A DNA stretch of 64,000 bases from Sphagnum compactum. Taxonomy: Eukaryota. The position numbers were made by a program, and so were the translations under genes. Numbering within the stretch: position 1 is the first letter of the stretch; the number at the start of each line of letters is the position of its first letter. Shown here piece after piece: positions 1 to 11,592 of the stretch. Location: assembly GCA_965153455.1 (NCBI GenBank), contig OZ234493.1, forward strand, positions 8,298,213 to 8,362,212, read 5' to 3'. Under the pieces are notes generated by a model. That model ran no database searches. It saw only the letters and a list, made by a program, of their open reading frames with translations, and was not told the origin of the DNA.

Positions 1-1160
1 ATTCTTCAGAAATTAAATTGTCTAGTTCCTATTAATGATTCATTTAATCTGATTTAATTTTTACTTAATAAATAAATAAAATTCATAATATTTATTTTTC
101 TAATATTTATTCTTTAAACAAGTTAGTATTTCTTCAATATAAGTTAACAATTTATTTATTCTTTTATTATTATTTATTAAAATATGTGATAGTTAATATT
201 TATTAATAAAAAATTAATAGCTAATAAGTATTAATTAGTTAATATTCAGGAATTACCAATTAATTATTAATTTATAGCAATTTAAAAGGTTTTTTTTCAG
301 AGGTAAATTTTTATTTATTTAAGAAATTGAATAAATAAAAAATTAGTATTTTAAAAGTAATGTCCTAACAATTAAATATATTAGAAATTAGAAATGATTA
401 ATTTGTTATTTGATTAATTAAATAGATTTGAAATAATTATTTCTCGAAATAATTTATTATTAATTTTGAATTATTACTAGGAACCAATTGATTAATTATT
501 GAAAACCATGAAAGAATAATGGTCAATGCTACTTTTAAAATTATTAAAATAATTAAACAATAAAATGTAGTAAGTAGTTTTGTAAATGGGTGGGTGGGTA
601 GGTGATTAGTTATTAGCTAATTAATTAGTTACTTATTTCTTACCTATTTAGTTGTATAATTCACAAAATTAAAAATAAACACACAATTTTTGGGAGAATC
701 ATTTTTAATTGCAATTGAATTTGCGACTAAGGTGCAACTAAAAAGTTTAACCAATATGTTTTTCTTTTAATGTTATTTTACATAGTATATAAAGAAAGTG
801 CCTTCTCTTTGGATTTCACATTAAAAATCATGTGCCATTAAAGATGAGTTGAAAGAAGTTTAACCTTAAAAGCAAAACATAAAATAAAATAAAAGGATTT
901 ACATGGTTACTTTTTAATTCACCTACTTTTCTATTGTTCTACCTTCTTATTTATTTACCTACCTTCTTACTTAGGTAGCTAGGTGGGTAAGTAAATAAGT
1001 AGTTTAGATAAATATGTATCTTAGGTAAGTAGACATTTTTTTATGCACATAATTTTACCTACCTACCCACCCATGTAAGTAATTTTATTTTAATTAAAAT
1101 TTTCCAAATTTCAATCAATATGCCATGTGGCAACTTTTCCTTTGTCCAAATGTCATCATG
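1..1160 (-). repeat. Partial inverted copy of the AT-rich CACTA-type element at 39868-42390
   Basis: About 650-1160 aligns by eye in reverse complement to about 40220-40740 (e.g. TTTAACCTTAAAAGCAAAACATAAAATAAAA vs TTTTCATTTTATGTTTGCCTCTAAGGTTAAG). Positions 1-500 resemble that element's A/T-only core. No terminus is visible. Confidence 0.6.
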
Positions 1161-1338
1161 TATATAGTTTGGATCATGTTGATTTTTCATCATTATATAT
1201 TATATAAATCATATTAAAAATTCCAAGTTTTGCCACATGGCAAAATCTGATTAGAAAATGTGTTGGCCCTAGAATAATATTTCAATAATAAAAAAAATTT
1301 GGAAATCAAACTCCCATGCATCAACTTGTTGCTCCATA

Positions 1339-2093
1339 GGGTTTATTCATGATTGGGGTTCCAAAAAAAGGATTCCAAGACTTTTGTGGGGCTACTTTTT
1401 GCAAATAACATTTACTTGAAACAAATTTACTTGTGAAAAAATTTATATAGTCCAGTTTAAAATAATACATTTGATTGTGGTGAGTTTTCACACTCATACA
1501 TAATTGTGTATAAATATTTTGGTTTATAATTTAAAATGTAAAAAATCCCAGAAAATTTTTAAATGAGTTTTAGGACAACCAAACATTTTTTTGGCAAAAT
1601 TATTTTTTGCACATGTGATTTGCACCAAAAGCTAGACATTTTGAACCCATTGAACATAATGTTTTTATCAAATGGTTTAAAAAGTGAGTCCTTTTCCCTC
1701 AAAATTTCAAGACTTTGAATTTTTTATATGATTTGGTTTTTCGTCAAGTTCATCTGATGAACATGTACTTTTATAAAAGGGAACATGTTTTTTTTGTGCA
1801 AAAAGTTTGAAATCAATTGTATAATTTTATGCATTCCTTTTAATTCCTTTTAAAAAAAAGTGCAGTTTAGACATTTGATATAGTTAGTTTACATGATTCA
1901 AAATGACATTTACATAGTATCCAAATTATTTTAAAATATTTTTATTAATTTAACACGACATCATTTTATCAATTGACATACAACAATCCATTACAACTAT
2001 AATAATGTAAAATAAACAAAAATCAAAAGTTGTCCTTTGTAGTCCTATAAATATAGGTCATTCCTTTTTGGTACCCCAATCATGAATACACTC
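1339..2093. mobile_element. Non-autonomous TIR element (MITE B), copy 1, ~755 bp
   Basis: Left TIR GGGTTTATTCATGATTGGGGTTCCAAAAA (1339); the right end reverse-complements to GAGTGTATTCATGATTGGGGTACCAAAAA (2093). No ORF. A second, inverted copy lies at 3984-11473. Confidence 0.8.
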
Positions 2094-2124
2094 CACACAT
2101 CAATAGAACCATTTCAACATTCAT

Positions 2125-2250
2125 GATAATGCTCATGTTCAAGTTTGTGGTAGATTTTTTACCCTTACACTTGCTCAGGTTTGTGGTAGATCTTCAACAC
2201 TCACGACAATGCGCATACTCAAGTTTGTGGTAAATCTTCAACTCGCACAA
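2125..2250 (+). repeat. Degenerate ~44-bp tandem repeat (3 copies, plus a related unit near 2435)
   Basis: TCAAGTTTGTGGTAGAT-like core recurs at ~2139, ~2175, ~2219 and ~2439. Confidence 0.55.
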
Positions 2251-2829
2251 CAATTTTCTTCATAAGGTAAGGTTTCTCACCTTTATTTATTAATTTTTCA
2301 CAAGACAATGTTCTTGCTACATCATCTAGTTTACGTTTTCCTACATTGTTGACATAGTTGTTATATCATCTAATTTAAGTTGTTGCATCATCGATGTTGT
2401 TGTTACGTCATCTAGTCCACGTTATTGTTGTGTTGTGTTCAAGTTTGTAATAAATCTACAACAAGAAACAATTTCAATTTCTAAATGTTATGTTTTCTCC
2501 GTTTCCATTTATTTATTTTTTTGTCAGTGTGTTTCTTGTTATAGCTAAAAAGATGCAATAGTAGCATTGTATCCTTTCACCCTTCCCATGTTTTCTTGTT
2601 ATTTGTTGTTATGTTCATATTGCAGCTAAAAAGGTGCAGCAACTTAGATGGCATCTACAACTGGTATTCACCTTAACACAACAATGTTTAAAATTGATAA
2701 CAAGTATGGTGAATTTGTGTTTCTTGCTAAAAATATTATTGAAGGACCACAAGAAACATGAAATATCGAGTCAAATATCAAAGGAGATGCATATGGGGCA
2801 TTTACTTTTGCACAACCAAAGCATATGGT

Positions 2830-3522
2830 ATCCTTGGCATTGTGTTACAAATTATTTGGGGTTTTTTGTTATCAATGATGGTGCACAAATTAATTCTTGT
2901 CTTGTAATCCCCAAGTCATATGATGCATTTTTTGCCATTATAATCCAGTTGATGCTAATGTTTCCCATGGAAAAAATAATGGCCTTGTGAATTATATCAA
3001 AGACCATGGGACATCTTTGTTGAAAAAACATGTATCTCGTGAATATGTGGAAGAGCATGAGAAGTGAGATTTGTTCTTAGTACAGAAAGTTGAAAGATGT
3101 GGAAATCTATAAAAAACAACAAAAAAGGAAGAAAATCCCTCCTTTGTGATCATTGAGTTTTTTAGTAATCAATGACCTTATAACAAAGTTGACCCTACAC
3201 ACCATGCCTTTCTTAAAAATTTGGTCAAGTATACATTTGCAAAAGGTTACCGTCCATTGTCCTCTATTGAAAATCCATGGTTAAGGCGCATGATTTTAAA
3301 ACAATGTTCACATATTGTGTTTCCATCTCAACATCAATTGGTGACAGATGTGCTACCAAAAATTGTGTAAAAAACCAAGGAGAGATATGATGTACCCTCA
3401 CCTGCTTCTTATGTTACATGCATGGCATCTTTTGATCTTTGAATGTTTCATGATGAACATGACACCTTTGCCATGGTTGTCAATTTTATTAACAATTTAT
3501 AAAAACCCACACATGTCACAAT
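2830..3522 (+). pseudogene. hAT transposase fossil 1, N-terminal part (BED finger to first catalytic Asp region)
   Basis: Translation with stops and frameshifts gives PQVI*CIFCHYNP...NYIKDHGTSLLKKHV and FAKGYRPLSSIENPWLRRMILKQCSHIVFPS...ASFDL*MFHDEHDTFAMVVNFINNL*KPTHVT. This is colinear with the better-preserved hAT at 59164-61493. Confidence 0.8.
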
Positions 3523-4001
3523 GGGGTGAAAGCACGTTACAGTGGCCAAAAATCGTTGTCACAAATATTTTTTTCAAAATTATACAACTTTCAACTTCCA
3601 CCAAGCCAATATTAAAAGAGTTTTTCATAAATTATACTCAAAATAAAATAGTTCAATTACCAAATAATGCAATTGTAAAAGGAATTTTATTTTTTTAATA
3701 TTAAATGATTAAAGAGTATATTTGTGAGAAAATAAATGTTGTCACAATATATTGCAAAGTGCAAATTTACATCTAAACTGATTCAAATAATTGCAAAACT
3801 TGATGAAATAATTAGTGATATATTAAATATGAATTGACTATACCATTTCAATTATAATTAATATGTTTGACTCATGTTATTTCACAAAAAAAATCTAGAC
3901 AAGTTTTTTATTTAATTAAGTAGAAGTGTGTTGAGAAAAAAAAATTGTTAAAAATTTACTTTCATTCGAAAGATTCAAAAATTGGGTCCATTCATGATTA
4001 G

Positions 4002-4821
4002 TGACGCGCTCCTTGGTCCCGGGGTGAACCCACTTGAGGGTTCACCAATGTGAAGTTGCGGAAAGTGGGGACCGAAGGGCACGTTCCCGACTTCCAACTC
4101 TAGAAAGGGGTAGAGGGTCGAGTTGGAAGCCCCGGGATTATACTAGGAAGATGGACTAGTAGATCAAGCACGAATCTGCATCCAAAACCAACCACAAATG
4201 AGTTAGTTCACATTCGGGAACACCCTTGGGTGTTGGGACAAGCCACGGGCACTTTGGACTACTTGACTCACCACGGCCCGGACTTGGGGGAAGCCACCAC
4301 CTTCCCCCTTATAGTTATCTCTGCAGCTCACCACGGAGGCTACATCCAAATGGCACATTTTGTTGGGACTCCCGAAATGGAGTCCCGAAACTGTCCCGGC
4401 GGGACTCCTGGGACTTTGAACGGTCATAACTCCCGATTCCAAAGTCCGATCGCAACGAGGTCTGAACCAAAGTTGTAGCCCTCGTTGAGATCTTTCCAAC
4501 GCTATGTCGCACTCCTTGAGGCGACGTCGGGAAAGGGTCGATTCCCGACTTTTAGTGGTCGGGAGTCAAACTGCCAGTTTGACTCCCGGCCCTTCTTTTG
4601 CCCATAACTTGGGCTGCAGATGTCCAAATGGCCAATGCGAGGCCATTTTCGATATTTACGTTTCAAGACCTTTCCAATGACACCAAGAACACCCCAATGC
4701 GAGGTGTTTTGAGCCTTGCTGTCAAGCTCTGAACATTCGGGAGTCCCGGAGGACTCCAAACCTCCAACTTTTCCAAGTGTTGGGCTTCACCCCCACACTT
4801 GGACAAAGTGGGGTTGCGACA
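4002..4821 (-). repeat. 3' LTR (820 bp)
   Basis: On the minus strand it begins TGTCGCAACC immediately after the PPT and ends GGAGCGCGTCA. Its terminal 146 bp match 10120-10265 with 6 mismatches. Confidence 0.93.
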
Positions 4822-4832
4822 CTCTCCCCCAC
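4822..4832 (-). other. Polypurine tract (PPT)
   Basis: Minus-strand GTGGGGGAGAG directly abuts the TG of the 3' LTR. Confidence 0.85.
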
Positions 4833-5599
4833 TAGAAGAAAGAGGTCAATGTCCTCATTGACACTTAGAATTTTCCTTCATACAATTGCAATTGCTTTCT
4901 TTTGGATCCTTGGCCATTTACCGACTCTTGCGGCTCGGACCTTGTCTCAAGCTAACTTAGGCGTCCCCAAGTTTCCAACACTTTCTTGACAAGTCCAAGA
5001 AGGTCTTATAGGGAACCCTCTTTCTTTGCTTCGTTAAAAGACTAAACTAATCTAATTGACGAAGCCCTCATTTGGGAGGAACCTTTTTCCATCCTTCCCT
5101 TCATGAGGACTTAAGTCAAGTCTACTCTTGACCTAAGCTACTTGACATGACTCCTTTTCCTATCTCGCGCCTTGGTCACAACAACCAAGCCTTAACTAAA
5201 AGGTTTGCTTATCAAGGTACGAGAAGCAACACTTAGGTTTGCCAAACCCAAGTCCCAAACTACACTTAAAGTATGCGAGCGGGGTCATGACTTCCCGCGT
5301 TGGCCACACTACCAACCAACCCTTTGGGATGCACTTAAAGCATGTGCATGTCCCCGCAAGCTCACCTTGCTTGCCTCCTCTTTTGGGGCCAAGTTTCCTC
5401 AACCCCAAAGTAGGAGTCCGATTTTGATTCGGGCCTACGCAAGAGAGTTCGATTTGTCCATGCCACAACCCTATTTGCCTTAACAAATTTTTCATGATAC
5501 AATTTCTTGGAAGTTTTAAAGCCCTTTTTATTTCACTTGCAACTTGATGTGGTACATTTTATGAAACTCTCCCCCTCTAAAAGAAAGGTGATGTCCTCA

Positions 5600-8500
5600 T
5601 CACGCTCTACGTCTTTTCTTTGCCGGTCTAGTGTGGAATTCTTCTATGGCTTCTTGGGCATGTTCCATGTCGAATTCATTCACCCAAGAAGCCTCTATTG
5701 CATGGTAGCCTTTCCACTTAACTAAGTATTCCCGCTCTCGCCCTCTAAGTTGCCTTGATTTAAGCACGGCCTCTACCTCAAACTCTGGTTCATTATGAAC
5801 CAAGTCCGGTGGAGGCCTTGAGTGATGCTCTCTATTAGGCCTTGAGGCGTCGCGGGAGACCGACTTCAAAAGGGAAACATGAAATGTGGAATGAACTCTA
5901 AGATTTTCCGGTAATTCTAACTTATAAGTGTCGGAAAGTTTCTTTTCCAACACTTTGAATGGACCCGCATATGGGCCCATAAACTTATGACTTAACCCTT
6001 CGGGCAACCGGAAGTTCTTTATGTTCAACCACACCTCGTCTCCTTCTTGAAACTTCACCTCTCATCGGGACTTGTCCGTGAAATTCTTGTACCTTTTGTG
6101 CGCCTTTTCCAAGTTGGCTTTTGCCAACTCCCACAAGCGCTTTCTTTTTTCATCAAGTTGTGTGACCATTGGCACTTCCTCACTTGCATCAATCGAAGGT
6201 TGTCCTTGTGCGGCCCAAGTCATGGGCACAATTGGTGACTTGCCCGTCACCATTTGGAATGGGGTGGATCCCGTTGCGGAGTGTACCGAGTTGTTGTAAC
6301 AAAACTCGGCTAACTCCAAATGATCCACCCAATCTTGTTGATCCGCCGCCACATAATTCCTTAGGAATTGTTAACCAAGTTCACCCTCTCGGTTTGTCCA
6401 TCGGTTTGGGGGCGGAATGAAGTGCTCATTTTGAGTTCCGACCCCATTCGCTTCCACAAGGCCCTCCAAAACTTACTCGTGAACTTTGGATCCCGATCCG
6501 ACACTATGTCCTTTGGAAGGCCATGATGCTTGAAAATGTGGGAGAAGAACAACCTCCCCGTCTCTTGAGCCGTGGCTTCATCCTTTGTGGGAATGAAGTG
6601 TGCCATTTTGCTAAATCGATCCACCACAACCATGATGGCATCGAACCCCTTTGAAGGGGGCAAACTTACCATAAAGTCCATTGACACACTTTCCCACGGC
6701 CCTTTGGGAATTGGCAAAGGTTGCAACAAACCCGCTTGCTTCTTATTGAGGGTCCGGTTTTGTTGACAAGTTAAACAAGTCTTGACGTACTCCTCCGCAT
6801 CATCCTTCAAGTTGGGCCAATAGTAGGATTTTTTTAGGAATGTTGTGGTGCGCTTTGCACCACCATGGCCCGCAAGCGGTCCATCGTGACATTCCTTAAA
6901 AGTGTGTCCCTAATTTTCCCTTCCGGCACATAGATTCGGTTTTGCTTGTACCACAACAATCCATTTTTCAAGTGGAAGTGGGACTTGGCTCCATTTTGGA
7001 TGTTTTGCCTTGCCTCCTTGGCAAAAGCATCCCGGCGGTTTGCTAATCTAACTTCCTTTTGAGGTTCCGACTCTCCCACATACACCACTCTAAGTTGGTG
7101 TTTCCGGCTCAAAGCATCGGGGACTATGTTCTCCTTTCCCGGCTTGTGCCGGATGTCCACATTGAACAAGGCCAATGTGTCTTGCCACCTTTGTTGTTTT
7201 GATGACAACTTGGGTTGAGTTGCGAAGTACTTCAAGGTCACATTGTCGGTCCACACCACCACATTTTTGGAGCCTATGTAATGGCCCCAAGTCTTGAGAC
7301 AATGTATGACCGCCCACATTTCCTTCTCGTGAGTTGGCCACCTTCGCTCCGTCTCACTCAACTTCTTGCTTTCAAAGGCCACCGGTCTTCCATCTTGCAC
7401 TATGACACCCCCAATTGCAAAGTCGGAGGCGTTGGAATGGATTTCAAACTCCTTGTCAAAGTCGGGCAACTTCAACACCGGCGCCTTCACCAAAATGCCC
7501 TTCAACGTTCCAAAGGCTTCATCGCATGCTTCATCCCAATCATAAGTGACGGCGGACTTTTTCAAGAGGTTTGTCAAAGGGGCCGCTATTCTCGCAAAGT
7601 TCTTTATGAACTTGCGATAATAGGAGGCCAATCCTAAAAAGGATCTCAAGGCGGGAACCGAGTTAGGCGGCTCCCAATCCAAAATCGCCTTGACCTTGTG
7701 ATCATCCATCATCAAACCATCTTGAGTTATCCTATGCCCAAGGAAATCCACTTCCGTCACCCCAAATTCGCACTTCTCAAGCTTGGCATACAACTTGTTT
7801 TCCCTTAGCCTTTGGAACACCTTGCGAAGGTGCTCCGCATGCTCCTCCATGGAGCTACTATAAATCAAAATGTCGTCTATGTAGACGACCACAAAATCAT
7901 CAAGCCATTCGCGGAAAATGTCATTCATGAGGGTACAAAATGTTGCGGGTGCATTGGTGAGCCCAAAGGGCATCACCAAGAACTCGTATGACCCATACCT
8001 TGTGCGACAAGCGGTCTTTTCTTCGTCCCCTTCCGCGATCCTTATTTGGTAATATCCCGAACATAGATCAATTCTACTAAAAACCTTGGCTCCCGAGAGA
8101 TGATCAAATAGATCATCGATACGAGGTAAAGGATAACGGTTTTTCACCGTTGCCTTATTGAGTGCTCTATAATCCACACACATCCTCAAAGTCCCATCCT
8201 TCTTGTGAACAAAAAGGACGGGTGCCCCATATGGTGACTTGCTTGGTTTGATGTAACCTTTCGCGAGGAGTTCCTCAAGTTGAACCTTGAGTTTCTTCAA
8301 CTCCTCGTGGCTCATTCTATATGGGGCCTTGGCGGGCGGTTCCACTTCCGGTATCACTTCAATCGCATGATCAACTCGTCTTCTCGGGGGCAAGTCTTCG
8401 GGCAACTCTTCGGGCATCACATCCGGGAACTCTTGTAAGACTTGCTTTATGCACTTGGCGGAAGTCACCAACTTGGTGGCTTCCTTGGGCTCATATTCGT

Positions 8501-10076
8501 CCAACACCCGCATGACACACATCATACCGAAACCCCCCACGCATTCTCTTTCCCAAGCTTTTCCTAACATGAAGTGGATGGTTGATCCACCCACACAAGG
8601 CAACTCATGTGCCTTAACTCGCACAATCCCACTTTTAGATGGGATTCTAACCAACCTATTGTGCCCTTCTATGAGCACATTGTTTTGGGTGATGAACTCC
8701 ATTCCGAGAACGCAATCCATTCCACCCAAGGTGGAAACCAACAAGTCCACCTTTCCTCTCCAATTTCCCAATTGGAGAGGCACTCCCTTTGCTTGTAGTG
8801 TAGTTGGATGGGGAACCCCATCCGCGAAATGCACCTCAATGGGTGCCTTGAGCTCCTCCAAGTGGAGCTCCATCCTTTCGGCGCTCTCCCGAGTTATGAA
8901 GTTGTGGGAGGCCCCTGTGTCCAAAAGACATAAGATTTCTCGTTTAGCAATCTTCCCTTTCAAAAATATAAGTCGATTGCATTCCGGTTGGGCTAAAGTG
9001 GCATTGAGAGCAAGTACCTTAGAGCTCCCAACCCCCGTTTTGGATTTGGGACAATCTTTGGAGTAATGCCCCACCTCGTTGCAATTGAAACATGCACCCT
9101 TGGGCTTTGCTCCAAAGTCTCCCTTGGTTTGGCTCCCTTTGAAAGGAGCCCCTTTTTTCACGAAGCTACCTTTTGGCTTGAACCCCGAGCCTTGGAATTG
9201 TTTTGGCTTATCCTTGGTTGGGCTACCTTGCCCCCGGTTCCATTCCTCCTCATGCCTTGGCTTTTTGTGAAGGAACTTGTTGTCCTTCTTGAACCCGGAT
9301 TTGTCGCTCCGCCCCACATCCGAGAAGTTCTCCACTTTTGTGATGGCCTCGGATATTGAGGCGGGCCAACTCTCCTCAAGCTTTCGCTTGGCCCAAGTCG
9401 GAAGTCCCATCACGAATTGGCACACACGATCCAACTCGTGCATGTGCCGGATCTCCAACATGAGTTCGGAATAGGCCCTCACATATTGCCTCAAATTTTC
9501 ATTTGTGGCATTCACAAGGTCGCGGAGTTTGCACCTAGAAATGTAGTCGGAGTTTCTCGGAATGAACTCCGCCTCAATGCGATCCTTGAAAAACTCCCAC
9601 GTATAGCCATGGTTCTTGCCCTCCTCTTGTCTCACCGTCCGCCACCATGTGGCGACATAGCCTTTCAAGTAGGATTGGGCAAGCTCCACGGCGGAATTCC
9701 GTCCAACCTTGGTGGCATGGATATAATCATCCATTTCCGCAAGCTAAGCATCCACCACCTTACGGTCTCGGGCACCATCGAAATTCCCGGGCTTGGCCGG
9801 TTGAAACCTTTCACCTTTGGAGGCCCCCGTTTTGAGGGCCGCCACCAACTCACCAAAGTCGGGCCTATTCATCTTGAGGAGGACTTCAAGTTGCTCCGAG
9901 GTGAATAGGACCGAGCTCCGTTGTTCCTCTTCACTCTCGGGTTCAACCTCGGGCTCATCTTGGTCCTCCCGGAAGTTTGGTTCCTCCCCAATTGATTCCG
10001 GCGGGGCTATTAGGTCATCGACGGGCTCCTCGGACCTAGGCTCTGGGGCTAGCTTCTGGTTCTTCTTGGGTGCCAT
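5600..10076 (-). pseudogene. gag-pol polyprotein with C-terminal chromodomain, disrupted
   Basis: ATG at 10076 (MAPKKNQ). Motifs: CCHC knuckle [14 protein letters not shown], protease [16 protein letters not shown], RNase H, integrase (HHCC region, VSMDF, IVSDRD, GQTER), GPY/F, chromodomain FEVEAVLKSR...YLVKWKGY...SW. Lesions: TAG at 9744-9746 (W codon), frameshifts near 6900 and 6370, TGA at 6062-6064. Confidence 0.95.
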
Positions 10077-10105
10077 CCCAAAAATGTCGTTGAGCTTCAC
10101 CTTGA

Positions 10106-10117
10106 GCTTTGATACCA
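10106..10117 (-). other. Primer-binding site complementary to initiator tRNA-Met
   Basis: Minus-strand TGGTATCAAAGC lies 2 nt downstream of the CA end of the 5' LTR. The canonical plant iMet PBS is TGGTATCAGAGC. Confidence 0.9.
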
Positions 10118-10119
10118 CG

Positions 10120-10265
10120 TGACGCGCTCCTTGGTCCCGGGGTGAACCCACTTGAGGGTTCACTAATGTGAAGTTGCGGAAAGTGGGGACCGAAAGGCAC
10201 GCTCCTGACTTCCAACTCTAGAAAGGGGTAGAGGGTCGAGTTGGAAGCCCCGGAATTAGACTAGG
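10120..10265 (-). repeat. Truncated 5' LTR (146 bp, PBS-proximal end only)
   Basis: 140/146 identical to 4002-4147. Homology stops at CTAGG, where MITE TIR sequence resumes. Confidence 0.9.
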
Positions 10266-10349
10266 GGTACCAAAAATTAATGTTTAACTTTTTAAGGACT
10301 ACAAAGGACAACTTTGGCTTTTTGTTTATTTTACATTATTATAGTTGTT

Positions 10350-10812
10350 TACTGGTTTTTTGCATCTTCTGGGCCGAAGATGGTGATCCCGTTTGTACAT
10401 TTCCACGTATCGTGCCTCTTAAGCCTCCCAAGTGTTGAAAATCTCTGCATATACTGTCTCCAGAGTCCAGTATCGATCAAGCCGAAACTTTGGTTGTATC
10501 CTGGAATGGGATCCATCTATCCGGCAGGATGATCGAAATCCACAAATAGTGACAAATCGTTGGTGTATTCTTGTACCCTAGCTGAGTAGATATATTCCGG
10601 CAAAAGAGTAGGCCAGTTTGGGTCAGCAACGAATCTTGAGGATACTTCCCACAGCAAACTTCTGGCCGGAGACTAGTGTGTTAGATGGGTGATCAATGCT
10701 CTACCACACTATGGTCTTGGCATCACTCTTCAGCAGATGGAAATTCCCAGATTCGGGCCAGATTCTTGAAAATCGATTTATTTCACCCCTTTGTTTGTTG
10801 TTTGGTTGCTCT
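10350..10812 (-). pseudogene. Fragment of a G-type (bulb/B-lectin) S-domain receptor-like protein gene
   Basis: Minus-strand translation with frameshifts: SNQTTNKGVK*IDFQESGP / ESGNFHLLKSDAKTIVW*SIDHPSNTLVSGQKF / YSARVQEYTNDLSLFV. This matches the B-lectin signature SGNLVL...VWQSFDHPTDTLLPGQKL. The fragment is GC-richer than its flanks. Confidence 0.8.
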
Positions 10813-11592
10813 TTAATAAATAAAATGATGTCTTGTCAAATTAATAAAAATAATTTAGACTAATTTGGATACTATGTAAATGTCATTTTGAATCTTGTAA
10901 ACTAAATATATCAAGTTTTTAAACTGCCTTTTTTTAAGGAATCAAAAGGAATGCATAAAGTCATACAATTGATTTCAAAAATTTTGTACAACAAAAACAT
11001 GCCCCCTTCTATGAAAGTACATGTTCATTGGATGAACTTGATGAAAAGTCAAATCATACAAAAATGTCAAAATTTTAAAATGTTGAAAAAAAGGGCTATA
11101 AGGAAAATAACTCATTTTTTTAACCATTTGACAAAAAAAAAATGTTCAATGGATTCAAAATGTTTAGCTTTAGGTGCAAGTTAACACATGTGTAGGAAAT
11201 AATCTTGCCAAAAACATGTTGAATTGTCCATTGAAACCCATTTTGGGATTTTTTAGGATTTTTTGCATTTATGGCTATAAACCAAAATATTCATACATAA
11301 TTATGTATGAGTGTGAAAACTCACCATTGTCACACAAATTATCTTAAATAGGATTCATCAAATTTTCTCACAAGTAAATTTATTTCAAGTAAATGTTATT
11401 TGCAAAAAATAACCCCATAAAAATCTTAGAATCATTTTTTCCTTTTTTAGTACCCCAATTATGTTGTAGGCCTTTATATCAAAAACCATTTAATATGTTT
11501 ATCAAAACGCTAGATTAAATTACCCCCAAATATACCCCAAAAATAATACATTTTCTTGTTTAAAGTAGGCCCCTTGTAGTGTGCTTTCACCC

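Larger units (their letters stand above)
4002..10265 (-). mobile_element. Ty3/Gypsy chromovirus LTR retrotransposon (Galadriel/Tcn1-like), inactivated, with truncated 5' LTR
   Basis: Full 3' LTR at 4002-4821 with TG...CA ends, PPT, iMet-type PBS, domain order gag-PR-RT-RH-IN-chromodomain, and a 146-bp remnant of the 5' LTR at 10120-10265. Confidence 0.97.
3984..11473. mobile_element. MITE B copy 2 (inverted relative to copy 1), split by the Gypsy element and carrying a lectin-gene fragment
   Basis: GGGTCCATTCATGATTAG (3984-4001) joined to GGGTACCAAAAA (from ~10265) rebuilds the TIR. 10266-10347 and 10821-11473 are the reverse complement of 1339-2075. The right end is TACCCCAATTATGTTGTAGGCC. 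Confidence 0.75.
3523..11592. mobile_element. Non-autonomous TIR element A (~580 bp of its own sequence) interrupting hAT fossil 1 and itself interrupted by MITE B
   Basis: Left TIR GGGGTGAAAGCACGTTACAGTGGCC (3523); the right end reverse-complements to GGGTGAAAGCACACTACAAGGGGCC (11592). Flanks are AAT/AGT. Removing the element restores the transposase reading HVTVGFF. Confidence 0.75.

Noticed and set aside
4203-4989. Several 65-98-aa ORFs on both strands
   Set aside because: They lie within or overlap the GC-rich LTR, show no protein motifs, and are expected by chance.
7090-10122. Antisense and alternate-frame ORFs (up to 205 aa) over gag-pol
   Set aside because: Shadow ORFs of the retrotransposon coding sequence.
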